Positions 16,275 to 33,246 of a stretch of DNA of 64,000 nt are shown here, in pieces. The notes below the pieces were generated by a model. That model had not been told where the DNA came from. It was given only the letters and a program-made list of their open reading frames with translations, and did not search any database. Each line of letters opens with the position of its first letter. Position 1 is the stretch's first letter. The stretch lies in assembly GCA_022520065.1 (NCBI GenBank), contig GCA_022520065.1_3942.1, one strand, 5' to 3'. Both the position numbers and the translations under genes were made by a program. Source of the stretch: a phage.

Positions 16275-16673
16275 ATGAAAACAGAATCTAAAGTAATTAA
16301 TGGTAAGAAAGTAAATATCGTTCTGCTTGGGGCAAGAGATGGGATTAAGATGTCTATGAAGCTGGGTAAAATTGTTGTTCCAACATTTGCACAGATGCTA
16401 TCAAGTCTGACTGATAAAGATAAGAAAGAAGCTCCAATGGTTCCATTTAAAGACCTTGTTGAAGCTTGTTTTGACAGAATTGAAGAAATTAACCTTGAAG
16501 AAATGGCTACCCTGTTATTTCAAGGGGCAACTGTTGATGACTTCCCACTCAATATTGATACATACTTCCAAGCAAACTACGGTGAGTTTATTGATTACTT
16601 AGCATTTGCGCTGGAGGCAAACTTCGGAAGTTTTTTCGAAGCAAGCATTTTCAAAAGCCTAACTTCTCAGTAA
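16275..16673 (+). CDS. tail assembly chaperone (G-like)
   Basis: 132 aa before tape measure; slippery heptamer T TTT TTC at 16631-16637 near its 3' end. Confidence 0.6.
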   Translation: MKTESKVINGKKVNIVLLGARDGIKMSMKLGKIVVPTFAQMLSSLTDKDKKEAPMVPFKDLVEACFDRIEEINLEEMATLLFQGATVDDFPLNIDTYFQANYGEFIDYLAFALEANFGSFFEASIFKSLTSQ

Positions 16674-16675
16674 AC

Positions 16676-16914
16676 ATGGGTAATACTCTACAGACACCAC
16701 TAACTGATGCTGCTGTAGAGGCAACCTATGAAGAAGCAGACGAGATGAAATTTGTGCTTGCTATTTATGGTATGGAAGGGTGTAAAGAAACACTTGACCA
16801 ACTCTTTGCTATGACATTCTCTGATTTATTATCATTGAGACAATTTCTTGAAATTCAGAGGTCGTATAAAGAGGAAATTGCTTACAACGAACTTAGAAGA
16901 GCAGGAAAAATGTA

Positions 16915-16915
<1 letters not shown>
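16676..16915 (+). CDS. tail assembly chaperone frameshift extension (T-like)
   Basis: In -1 frame relative to 16275 ORF; that frame is open from the slippery site into this ORF. Confidence 0.5.
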
Positions 16916-24934
<8,019 letters not shown>

Positions 24935-24936
24935 TA

Positions 24937-26109
24937 ATGGCAGTAGGTGAAATTCAAATTAGTGCCTTGCCTCAAGCATCCTTACCAATTGACCTTAGTG
25001 ATATCTTCCATCTTAAGCAGGGTATTGAGGATAAGAGGTGTACTCTTGAGCAATTACTTGCTCCACACGCAAGCCTAAGAAATAACCCTCATGGTGTTAC
25101 TAAAACACAAATTGGTTTAGATAATGTTATTAATGCTCTTCAGTTAGTCGCTGCAAATAACTTATCAGATATTGTTAATGTAGCTGAGGCAAGAGCAAAT
25201 CTACAGATTATGTCTTCAGAAGAGGTTAATAACCTTGTCCAGCAACATATCAAGGACAAGAGTAACCCACACAATACAACTAAGGCACAGGTTGGTTTAA
25301 GTAATGTTCAGAACTGGACAACATCTAATCTGTATAACGAAGATGCAGATAAGTATGCTACAGCAAGAGCAGTAAATAACTTGTACAAGGCTGTTCAGGC
25401 TTCTTATCCAGTAGGTGCTATCCATCTTTCTATGAACTCTGCAAACCCTTCCACATACTTAATTTGTGGAGGTACTTGGGAGTTAGTTTCAAAAGGCAGG
25501 GCATTGGTTGGCTATGACTCTGATACAAGACCAGCAGGTTCTGTATTTGGCGCTTCAACTGTCACTTTGTCAGTTAATAACATGCCTCAGCACTCCCACT
25601 CTGTGTCTCTTAGCGGTGGTGGTCACACTCATAATGCAACTGTGTCAATTTCAGCTTTTGATTATGGGACTAAGACTACAAACTCTTTTGACTATGGGAC
25701 AAAAGCTACTAACACAACTGGTAACCATACACACAGTGTGTCAGGTAACACTAGCACCAATGGTACTCACAACCATGATGTGTATCCTAGAGAAAATGAT
25801 GGCACTGGTAATGCTGTGGCTGACTCTGATGGTGGTGGTGCAAGAAGGACATCAAGGACTTCTAGTGATGGTGCGCACTCACACAGCTTTAACGTCACAT
25901 CTGGTGCATCAGGTGACCACAGCCACACGGTTGGTATTGGTGCTCACAGTCATACAGTTGGTATTGGTTCACATACGCATAGTGGCACTGTAACAGTTTC
26001 TTCTTCTGAACATACACATAGTGGCAATACAAATAGTGTTGGTGGAGGTCAGGCAGTTAATATTGAACAGCCATCCTTCGTACTGTATGTATGGCAGAGA
26101 ACAGCTTAA
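24937..26109 (+). CDS. tail fiber protein with His-rich (HxH) C-terminal tip
   Basis: Repeated H-x-H motifs (GHTHNAT, GNHTHSVSG, GAHSHTVGIG) and FDYGTK repeats; C-terminus shared with next gene. Confidence 0.7.
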   Translation: MAVGEIQISALPQASLPIDLSDIFHLKQGIEDKRCTLEQLLAPHASLRNNPHGVTKTQIGLDNVINALQLVAANNLSDIVNVAEARANLQIMSSEEVNNLVQQHIKDKSNPHNTTKAQVGLSNVQNWTTSNLYNEDADKYATARAVNNLYKAVQASYPVGAIHLSMNSANPSTYLICGGTWELVSKGRALVGYDSDTRPAGSVFGASTVTLSVNNMPQHSHSVSLSGGGHTHNATVSISAFDYGTKTTNSFDYGTKATNTTGNHTHSVSGNTSTNGTHNHDVYPRENDGTGNAVADSDGGGARRTSRTSSDGAHSHSFNVTSGASGDHSHTVGIGAHSHTVGIGSHTHSGTVTVSSSEHTHSGNTNSVGGGQAVNIEQPSFVLYVWQRTA

Positions 26110-26119
26110 TTTCTTTACA

Positions 26120-26140
26120 GGGGCTTTATAGCCCCTTTTA
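26120..26140 (+). terminator. Rho-independent terminator after first tail fiber gene
   Basis: Hairpin ggggc-tttata-gcccc followed by tttt. Confidence 0.55.
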
Positions 26141-26155
26141 AGAGGAAAATTTATA

Positions 26156-28510
26156 ATGGCAGATTACAAATTGAGTGAGCTAAACTCAATCGACACAATC
26201 CGTTCAGATGACCTTCTTCATGTCAGAGTTAAAAAGAGACCTGAAATGCTGGGTGATGAAGACCGTCGAATGACCTATCAAGATTTCTTAGCATCTTTTA
26301 AGCTTGAAAGATTTGTTCAGATTGCTGGTAGCACTATGACGGGTGACTTAGGAATTGTTAAGCTACTTTACGGTGGCAAGGCTGTATTCGACCCCACAGG
26401 CTCTTCTGAGATTACTGTTGGTGATGTTTTAAAGACTTTTAAAATCAACGCAAACGGCCTTAAACTAACTATTGCAGACGCTTCAAGGTCGGCAACTGTT
26501 TATCATACTTTGAATAAGCCAAGCCCTAATGAACTTGGGATGAGAACTAATGAAGAGAATGACGCAAGGTATGCAAGACTAGCCGTGAATAATACCTTTA
26601 GAGGTACTCAAGCTATCCTCTCTGACAATGAAGCGCTCATTATTAAAAATATCACTCAAGGTGCTCCACTCTATCTTCGTGGTCAAGATGCAGATGGTAC
26701 TAACAGATGGTATCTAGGTAATGATAATAGGGGTACAAATAATCTTGTATTGAAGAATGTAAAGTCTGACGTTTCAATTGCTATTTTAGAGAATTTGGTG
26801 ACAGTCAACAGAACTCTTCAAATTGCTGGCCAAGTTCAGCCTTCAAGTTTTGCTAACTTAGATGCTAGGTATTTTACCCAGACAGCAGCTAATCAGAGAT
26901 TTGCGCAGTTAGCTGGCAATAATACATTTAGTGGTTCTAATATTTTCACTAATTTTGTTATTAAGAAGAATGCTAATGCTATTACTATTCAAAATGTAGA
27001 TACAACTGCGGCTTTGTATATCCAAGCAAGGAAATCAGATGGAGCTAATAAGTGGTACATTGGTAATGATGGTGATGAAAACATTGTAAACATCTATAAC
27101 TATTTAGCAAAAACACAAATCTCATTAGGTAACACCATTACCATGAGCAGAACAGTCCAAATTGGTGGTCAAGTACAACCTTCTGATTGGACTAACATTG
27201 ATTCTAGATATATTCCGGCAGCCACTTTGAGTAATCTCCCTAAACTTAATGTGTCTAATACTTTTACAAATGTGCAAACTATTGTATCTAACAACGAGGG
27301 TTTGGTATTAAGGAACTTGACACAGGGGCAGCCACTATATATCCGTGGTGTTGATACTGAGAATGTTTCTAGATGGTGGTTAGGTGTAGGTGGTCCAAAC
27401 TCTAATGTGGTAACACTTAACAACAACTATTCTGACACTAAAATCTCACTTGGTGGCTCATCAGTAATGACTAATAAGAGCTTAGCTATTACTGGTCAAG
27501 TACAACCTTCTGACTTCTCTAACTTAGATGCTAGATACTATACCCAAGCTGCCGCAAACGCAAGATATATGCTTGCAAGCATCACTGGTTCGGCTTCTGA
27601 AGCAGATGGTGGTGATGGTGTTGCATGGGATGCAAAAACAGGTCTTTATAAGGTTACTAACACCACTGGACAGTCTTCTTCACTTGTATATCACATGTTT
27701 TTAGGGACTAGTTCTACACCATCTGCACAATTAAAGTTTTCGTTTAAAAATGGTGGGATGTGGTATAGAACATCAAGAGATGCCTATGGCTTCGAAGTTA
27801 ATTGGTCTAAAGTTTACACGGAAGCACAAAAACCAACCCCTTCAGAGATTGGTGCATACACTAAAGCTGAAACTGACCAGAAAATTGCAACAGCAATTAG
27901 TGACTCTACAGACCTTAACAAAATCTATCCAGTTGGTATTGTAACGTGGTTTAACAGTAATGTTAACCCTAATACAGCACTCCCTGGTCTAACTTGGACG
28001 TACCTGAATAATGGTGTTGGTAGAACTATCAGAATCGCAGCAGCAAACGGTTCAGATGTTGCTACAACTGGTGGTTCAGATTCTGTGACATTAGCTGTTG
28101 GTAACTTACCATCACACACTCACAGTTTCTCTGCTACCACTTCATCTTTTGATTATGGTACGAAGAACACTAACAGTACTGGTGCACATACCCATTCAGT
28201 TAGTGGTACTGCTGCATCTGCTGGGCAACACGCACACAGAATTTCACAGGGTGACAACGCTAACGTTTCATCAGGTAGAGTCGCATCTTCAAACTCTGCT
28301 CAGACCCATGTTGGTTGGACTGAAAATGATGGTGTTCACACCCACTCAGTTAGTGGTACTGCTGCATCTGCTGGTGGACATGCTCACTCTGTAGGTATTG
28401 GTGCTCATAGCCACACAGTTAGTGGTAACACTGGTGGTACAGGTTCTGGTTCAGCATTTAGTGTTACTAACCAGTTCTACAAGTTAATGGCTTGGGTAAG
28501 AACTGCTTAA
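26156..28510 (+). CDS. long tail fiber protein with internal repeats and His-rich C-terminal tip
   Basis: 784 aa; three internal repeats containing GQVQPS...NLDARY; C-terminal FDYGTKNTNSTGAHTHSVSG module homologous to previous gene. Confidence 0.75.
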   Translation: MADYKLSELNSIDTIRSDDLLHVRVKKRPEMLGDEDRRMTYQDFLASFKLERFVQIAGSTMTGDLGIVKLLYGGKAVFDPTGSSEITVGDVLKTFKINANGLKLTIADASRSATVYHTLNKPSPNELGMRTNEENDARYARLAVNNTFRGTQAILSDNEALIIKNITQGAPLYLRGQDADGTNRWYLGNDNRGTNNLVLKNVKSDVSIAILENLVTVNRTLQIAGQVQPSSFANLDARYFTQTAANQRFAQLAGNNTFSGSNIFTNFVIKKNANAITIQNVDTTAALYIQARKSDGANKWYIGNDGDENIVNIYNYLAKTQISLGNTITMSRTVQIGGQVQPSDWTNIDSRYIPAATLSNLPKLNVSNTFTNVQTIVSNNEGLVLRNLTQGQPLYIRGVDTENVSRWWLGVGGPNSNVVTLNNNYSDTKISLGGSSVMTNKSLAITGQVQPSDFSNLDARYYTQAAANARYMLASITGSASEADGGDGVAWDAKTGLYKVTNTTGQSSSLVYHMFLGTSSTPSAQLKFSFKNGGMWYRTSRDAYGFEVNWSKVYTEAQKPTPSEIGAYTKAETDQKIATAISDSTDLNKIYPVGIVTWFNSNVNPNTALPGLTWTYLNNGVGRTIRIAAANGSDVATTGGSDSVTLAVGNLPSHTHSFSATTSSFDYGTKNTNSTGAHTHSVSGTAASAGQHAHRISQGDNANVSSGRVASSNSAQTHVGWTENDGVHTHSVSGTAASAGGHAHSVGIGAHSHTVSGNTGGTGSGSAFSVTNQFYKLMAWVRTA

Positions 28511-28517
28511 TCCCTTG

Positions 28518-28575
28518 TTGACTGATTGTTAAGATGGTGTTAATATTCTTTATGGGTATTCTCACCATCTTGGCT
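28518..28575 (+). promoter_or_regulatory. Promoter TTGACT-N17-TAATAT with flanking 9-bp inverted repeat (operator-like)
   Basis: -35 at 28518-28523, -10 at 28541-28546; aagatggtg (28531-28539) and caccatctt (28567-28575) are inverted repeats. Confidence 0.45.
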
Positions 28576-28589
28576 GATGAGGTGATTAA

Positions 28590-28787
28590 ATGCCTACAAT
28601 CCTAGCAATTCTTCTAAAAAATCTAGGTAGCTTCTTCTGGAAACTCATTTTATCCCTTCTAAGTGAATACATGATTGAGAAAGTGTTCTTTAAGCTTGCA
28701 AGATACCTTGCGAGTAAAACAGACACACCTATTGATGATGAGTTCGTAGATAACTTAGAAAAAGCTTTTAAGGGGGAGAATAAATGA
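28590..28787 (+). CDS. hypothetical small protein with hydrophobic N-terminus
   Basis: 65 aa, downstream of promoter 28518-28546. Confidence 0.4.
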   Translation: MPTILAILLKNLGSFFWKLILSLLSEYMIEKVFFKLARYLASKTDTPIDDEFVDNLEKAFKGENK

Positions 28788-29155
28788 AGTGGCTAGAGGA
28801 AGCTTTTAAAAATAATATTGGTGCAATTGTAGTTGGTATTTTTAGTGTTATTGGGATGTATACCACCATGCAAGTTTCGGATGGTAAGCAAGAAGTGTCT
28901 GTCACAACAAAGTTACAGCAGCTAGATAATTACAGCAAAGCTAATTACTCAGCTATTCGTGATTTACAGTCTGACATGAGACTGATTCAGCTAGGGATGG
29001 AGAACCAGAAAGTTCAGTTAGAGAATGTTAAGGGCGAGAACGCAAAACTTACTAAAACCCTTGATAAATTCTCTGACAGCGTGAACAATCTGGCTCAATC
29101 AGTATCAGCCTTGCAAGCTATTACTGAAAAGAACACAAAGAATACTGAAAAATAA
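28784..29155 (+). CDS. hypothetical membrane-anchored coiled-coil protein
   Basis: N-terminal TM helix IGAIVVGIFSVIGMYTT then coiled coil; spanin- or holin-like architecture is speculative. Confidence 0.45.
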   Translation: MKWLEEAFKNNIGAIVVGIFSVIGMYTTMQVSDGKQEVSVTTKLQQLDNYSKANYSAIRDLQSDMRLIQLGMENQKVQLENVKGENAKLTKTLDKFSDSVNNLAQSVSALQAITEKNTKNTEK

Positions 29156-29160
29156 AATTT

Positions 29161-29189
29161 AAGGCTCCTTTTTTACGGGAGCCTTTTTT
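29161..29189 (+). terminator. Terminator at the convergence of plus-strand structural genes and minus-strand thyA
   Basis: Hairpin aaggctcc...ggagcctt followed by tttttt; sits between convergent genes. Confidence 0.6.
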
Positions 29190-29193
29190 GTTT

Positions 29194-30093
29194 TTACTTG
29201 CCTACTGACAGAGGTGCTTCAATCTTTCCTGCATGTTGGTAGTTGTTAATGCCACCAATAAAATCACTTGCAGTAAGATGTTTCAGGTCACTTAAAGTAT
29301 TAAGTGGTAGACCAATCTCAAAAGTTGGTGCATGGAACTCTTCATTGTTCAGTAGTTCATAAACCTGTTTCATGTGGTTCTGATAAATCTGAGTATCTCC
29401 AAAGACACCTATCAAGTACCGTGGAGTGTGTCCAGTCATCTTACAAAGAACTTCCAGAATAAAACCATAAGATGCAATATTAAACGGGAGTCCTAAAAAG
29501 GTGTCTACTGAACGCTGATACCATTGTAAGTCAACTTCACCCTCGTTAGTGATATAAATCTGAAACAGAACATGACAAGGTGCTAAAGCCATTGAGTTTG
29601 CTGCAATATCTGCTGCATTCCAAGCATTAACAAGCATGTAACGGTCTGTGATATCACCCTTCATCTTCGTTACTAAGGTCTCTAGTTGGTCTACAACACA
29701 ACCATTATGACCTTCAAAGTTTCTCCACTGAACCCCATAAATCCTTCCACCTGCATCATCTAACCAATCTTGTTCAGAAGAATAATTAGAGCTTAACCAG
29801 CGTTTAAAATCATCTGACCAGATAGTCCAGCGTTCTCCGTCATTTTCACCCCAAGTACGGTAACGAAGTTCGCCCAACTTATTCTCGCCATTCAGGAACC
29901 ATAAAGCTTCCCCAATAACTTGCCGTGTAAACACCTGTTTAGATGTTAAGAGCGGGAAACCAGTTCGCATATCAAAACGAAACTGAGGTGGAGCAAATGC
30001 AGATATAACATCTCCAGTTCGTGTAGTACGCAGTTCACCAACGGATAAAACATGGTTCAGGATATTTTTGTAACTTGTATCTGCTTGTGACAT
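29194..30093 (-). CDS. thyA: thymidylate synthase
   Basis: ThyA signature motifs including active-site region ALAPCHVLFQIYI and RTGDVISAFAPPQFRFDM. Confidence 0.9.
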   Translation of the reverse strand: MSQADTSYKNILNHVLSVGELRTTRTGDVISAFAPPQFRFDMRTGFPLLTSKQVFTRQVIGEALWFLNGENKLGELRYRTWGENDGERWTIWSDDFKRWLSSNYSSEQDWLDDAGGRIYGVQWRNFEGHNGCVVDQLETLVTKMKGDITDRYMLVNAWNAADIAANSMALAPCHVLFQIYITNEGEVDLQWYQRSVDTFLGLPFNIASYGFILEVLCKMTGHTPRYLIGVFGDTQIYQNHMKQVYELLNNEEFHAPTFEIGLPLNTLSDLKHLTASDFIGGINNYQHAGKIEAPLSVGK

Positions 30094-30094
30094 A

Positions 30095-30640
30095 TCAAAA
30101 GTGTCCTTTCACTTGTGGAACATAAATTTCAAAAGTTGCTTTACCATCCTCTGATGGTTTTGACTGTACCTTTGTAAATACACGGTTATCATACAGCTTC
30201 TCAAAGAAGTTTTCAAAAGGTAAATGCACAGTGGCCTCTTCAGTAACTTTATGGAAAACTGTATGGAAAACTACACCAGCATATGGTAAAGCATTGACAA
30301 GGACACCTGCACCACCAATTACAAAGACATCTTCATCAATAGAGCTATCAAGATAGTTCAAAAATGCTCCAAAGGATTCTTTACTGGCCTTAGCATACAT
30401 TACCTCATCTTTGCCAAAATCTATACCTAAGTATGGTACAGAATTTGTTAAGATGAGGTTTGCACGTTCTGGTAAAGGTTTACTACCCAGAGTCTTGAAA
30501 GTCTCATTCCCCATCACTACTAAGTTGTTTTTAGTAAGTCTCTTAAACTCTTGCATATCCTGTTTATGTCGAGGCCACGGCATACCAGTTGGAGTACCAA
30601 ACTCACCATTTTCACCACTTGCAAAGATTAATTTAATCAT
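30095..30640 (-). CDS. folA: dihydrofolate reductase
   Basis: N-terminal DHFR motif MIKLIFASGENGEFGTPTGMPW; adjacent to thyA. Confidence 0.85.
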   Translation of the reverse strand: MIKLIFASGENGEFGTPTGMPWPRHKQDMQEFKRLTKNNLVVMGNETFKTLGSKPLPERANLILTNSVPYLGIDFGKDEVMYAKASKESFGAFLNYLDSSIDEDVFVIGGAGVLVNALPYAGVVFHTVFHKVTEEATVHLPFENFFEKLYDNRVFTKVQSKPSEDGKATFEIYVPQVKGHF

Positions 30641-30897
30641 TTTGTAAACCCTTTCTTAATGAACCAGTTGATAACATTTTTCACAGCTTTATTGCTATGG
30701 TAGATTAAGTGTGGTGCTGGTTGGTATGAACCATAAGCCCAGAAAGCAATAATTTCACTACACCCTGTACACCTTGTACTCTCTTCAGCAATATGACCGT
30801 TGACTATTTCACTTACCTCACCTTGTAAGTCTGTACACCCACAATGTGGACAACGGATAGGTGCTCCATCAGACTCATAGCAGTGTTCAATTTTCAT
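30637..30897 (-). CDS. hypothetical zinc-ribbon protein
   Basis: CPHCGC ... CTGC cysteine pairs. Confidence 0.45.
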   Translation of the reverse strand: MKIEHCYESDGAPIRCPHCGCTDLQGEVSEIVNGHIAEESTRCTGCSEIIAFWAYGSYQPAPHLIYHSNKAVKNVINWFIKKGFTK

Positions 30898-31413
30898 CTA
30901 TTTAACCTCAAAAACTGGCTCAAGAACCAATATAAAGTCTACACAGTCATCTTCTTCATCAAGAATACCATCAAAGTTCTTAGGAACGAAGTCGAAGAGA
31001 CTCATAGAGTAGCGGTTAGAAGTAATCCTGATAGTTCCTCCGATATTCTCTACAGTTAATATTGTACGGCTTTCTGTTACCTCACTAAGAAGATTACTCA
31101 CAAAGTCATCTAAGAAGTGCTTCATCAGTGACTTAAAACCTTTAGGGTAATCTGTACCAGAGTATGTTTCAATCTGAGGTACAAGCTTAACATTTATACT
31201 AGTCTTTGTTAAGAATGTGTTAGAGAACATACTATCAGGTAACTTGCAAACAGTCTTTCCAGTACCTTCATGCTCAATCTCAACAAAACCAGCTTCGTCG
31301 CCACATGTGACTATTTTAAAAGATGCTTCATTCTCATACTGTGAAGCCATAAACTTTTTAAGCATCTCTTTAAGGAAATCTGCATGAGCATCTTGTAAGT
31401 AGATATCAATCAT
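30898..31413 (-). CDS. hypothetical protein
   Basis: 171-aa ORF in minus-strand operon. Confidence 0.45.
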   Translation of the reverse strand: MIDIYLQDAHADFLKEMLKKFMASQYENEASFKIVTCGDEAGFVEIEHEGTGKTVCKLPDSMFSNTFLTKTSINVKLVPQIETYSGTDYPKGFKSLMKHFLDDFVSNLLSEVTESRTILTVENIGGTIRITSNRYSMSLFDFVPKNFDGILDEEDDCVDFILVLEPVFEVK

Positions 31414-31426
31414 AGTTAATCACCTA

Positions 31427-31786
31427 TTATGGGAACAAACACTTAATGTCGTCGTTTTTGAAAACGAAGCTTGTGTAGTTGTGACCGTCAACATCCAGCC
31501 AAACAGCCTGAACATCTACACCATCAAGATTGTGGTAAAGTTCTTTGATGAAGTGGTCTTTCACAATCTGGCTGCTAGTTGTCTCCAGCTTAATGTTTGA
31601 GATTGCTGAACCTACAGCCATATAACCCATGACACGTTTCTTCTCAGTGTGCTTAATCTTACCATCTTTGTAAGCCATAATGAGATTGGAAAGAATCTTC
31701 ACACCATAATACTTTTCAAGGTGAGTAGGTACACCATAAAAGCCTAATGCAAAGTTTTCAGAGTGGATAATGTTTTCACGTTTCAT
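31427..31786 (-). CDS. hypothetical protein
   Basis: 119-aa ORF. Confidence 0.45.
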   Translation of the reverse strand: MKRENIIHSENFALGFYGVPTHLEKYYGVKILSNLIMAYKDGKIKHTEKKRVMGYMAVGSAISNIKLETTSSQIVKDHFIKELYHNLDGVDVQAVWLDVDGHNYTSFVFKNDDIKCLFP

Positions 31787-31787
31787 A

Positions 31788-32087
31788 TTAATCTGCCAAC
31801 CTTAAATTAAAATTTACACCAAATTTTTCGCATACTTCCAACATATACTCAAGCGAGACATTACCAGTAAGGTGGATTATGTTGGACACACGAGCCTGAG
31901 AGATACCACAAATTTTAGCAACTTGCTCTTGAGAAAGACCTCTGGATTTAATCTCTCTCTTAAAACGATGTGCAACGAAGTCTCTCATTTCGTCTACATC
32001 CATTGGACAAATATAACTCTCCATTTCAGCCTCTCTGTCAGCCTCCCAATCATCTTGTGGAGCATAAGGGTCAAAAACCTCATTCAT
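31788..32087 (-). CDS. helix-turn-helix DNA-binding protein (XRE/Cro-like)
   Basis: HTH-like segment LSQEQVAKICGISQARVSNIIH; start moved to ATG 32087 to reduce overlap. Confidence 0.45.
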   Translation of the reverse strand: MNEVFDPYAPQDDWEADREAEMESYICPMDVDEMRDFVAHRFKREIKSRGLSQEQVAKICGISQARVSNIIHLTGNVSLEYMLEVCEKFGVNFNLRLAD

Positions 32088-32292
32088 CTTTCTTCTTCCG
32101 TTTGCGTGAAGTGTCAATCAATGAATCTATGTTTGTAGCCCTAACCTTTTCACGTTCATCGTTAAGATAATCATCAAGAGCCTTTTCAATCTGTGAATCA
32201 TCTTGACAGATAACTGTAAAGACTGTAAAGCCGTCTGTATCGTCAATTATCTTACCATAACCGCCTCTGGGATGTAACTTTTTAAGAGCCAT
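32080..32292 (-). CDS. hypothetical protein
   Basis: 70-aa ORF, Lys-rich C-terminus. Confidence 0.35.
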   Translation of the reverse strand: MALKKLHPRGGYGKIIDDTDGFTVFTVICQDDSQIEKALDDYLNDEREKVRATNIDSLIDTSRKRKKKDE

Positions 32293-32293
32293 A

Positions 32294-32677
32294 TCAAATA
32301 CCTGTGCAGCTTCTGTTTTCTAAGAAATATTCAACACCGTACATAGCTTTTTGCATCAAATCTTCTTTAAACTGGATACGGTGGTTGAGCATCGCCTGTA
32401 CATCAATATCGTCATGGTGTTTCTCTTTAATGTTTGCAGATTGCAGGAAATACTCTGCAAGAACACGATACTGGTAGTCAGTCACCTTATCAGTCATCTC
32501 TGTCAAAGACTCTTCAGAGATGGGTTTAAGTAACTCACCATTAGCTAGAGCAACACCTTTTACAATCTGGCAAGTGTCTACTGGAACACCTGATAAATCC
32601 ACATTTGGAAGTTCTGTTGCATTAACTGGTAAATTCATTGCCATAACCATTGCAGCAGCTAATAAAACCTTTTTCAT
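32294..32677 (-). CDS. secreted/periplasmic protein with signal peptide
   Basis: N-terminal MKKVLLAAAMVMAMNLPVNA signal-peptide-like sequence. Confidence 0.5.
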   Translation of the reverse strand: MKKVLLAAAMVMAMNLPVNATELPNVDLSGVPVDTCQIVKGVALANGELLKPISEESLTEMTDKVTDYQYRVLAEYFLQSANIKEKHHDDIDVQAMLNHRIQFKEDLMQKAMYGVEYFLENRSCTGI

Positions 32678-32721
32678 AATGACCTCAAAGTTATATTAAA
32701 TTTTGTATTACATTGAGTATA

Positions 32722-32768
32722 AAAATAAGCTATAACACCTGACTTGTCAACAGATTTTATAGCTTATT
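32722..32768. promoter_or_regulatory. 13-bp perfect inverted repeat flanking a TTGACA-like hexamer (operator- or origin-like)
   Basis: aaataagctataa (32722-32734) and ttatagcttattt (32756-32768) separated by 21 nt. Confidence 0.4.
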
Positions 32769-32796
32769 TGGCAGATTTTTTATAAGGCTACTGCCA

Positions 32797-32865
32797 TCCT
32801 TCCATACCCTACCTTACCACACCCAACCATACCTAACCAAACTACACCATACAATACCTTATTAA
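32797..32865. repeat. Degenerate pentamer repeat array (CCNWA)n, G-rich on the minus strand
   Basis: About 12 tandem units ccata/cccta/cctta/ccaca/cccaa ...; second less regular C/A-rich block near 32923-32999. Confidence 0.5.
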
Positions 32866-33246
32866 AAGACCCTCTTAAAGACCTTTTAAAAAGGTAAGTC
32901 TCATTTTAATGTAGCTGAGACTAACTACCCATACATTACCGCACCATATTATACCCTACCCCACCATACTTCACTGCACCGAGCCACGCATTACATCACT
33001 TAAAAACCCTTTTCAAAGACTCTTAAGTGATGCTGGTGAGTACCCGTTGGTTTATGATGCTCAGTATACTCACCAAATTTTCTATGTCAACAACTTTTAT
33101 AAAAAAGTTCTGATAGCTATATGCGTCACGAAACAAAAGATTGTAAACAAGACACCCATTGCAAAAGATGTGTCCAAAAGCTTACTTGCAACGTATGACA
33201 ATACAAAGACAACCAGTATAAATAGAATGACTGTACTGAACATAGT

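Noticed and set aside
25508-25993. 161-aa plus-strand ORF in an alternative frame inside the first tail fiber gene
   Set aside because: Nested in the His-repeat region; low-complexity Leu/Thr-rich translation typical of an out-of-frame read of a repetitive gene.
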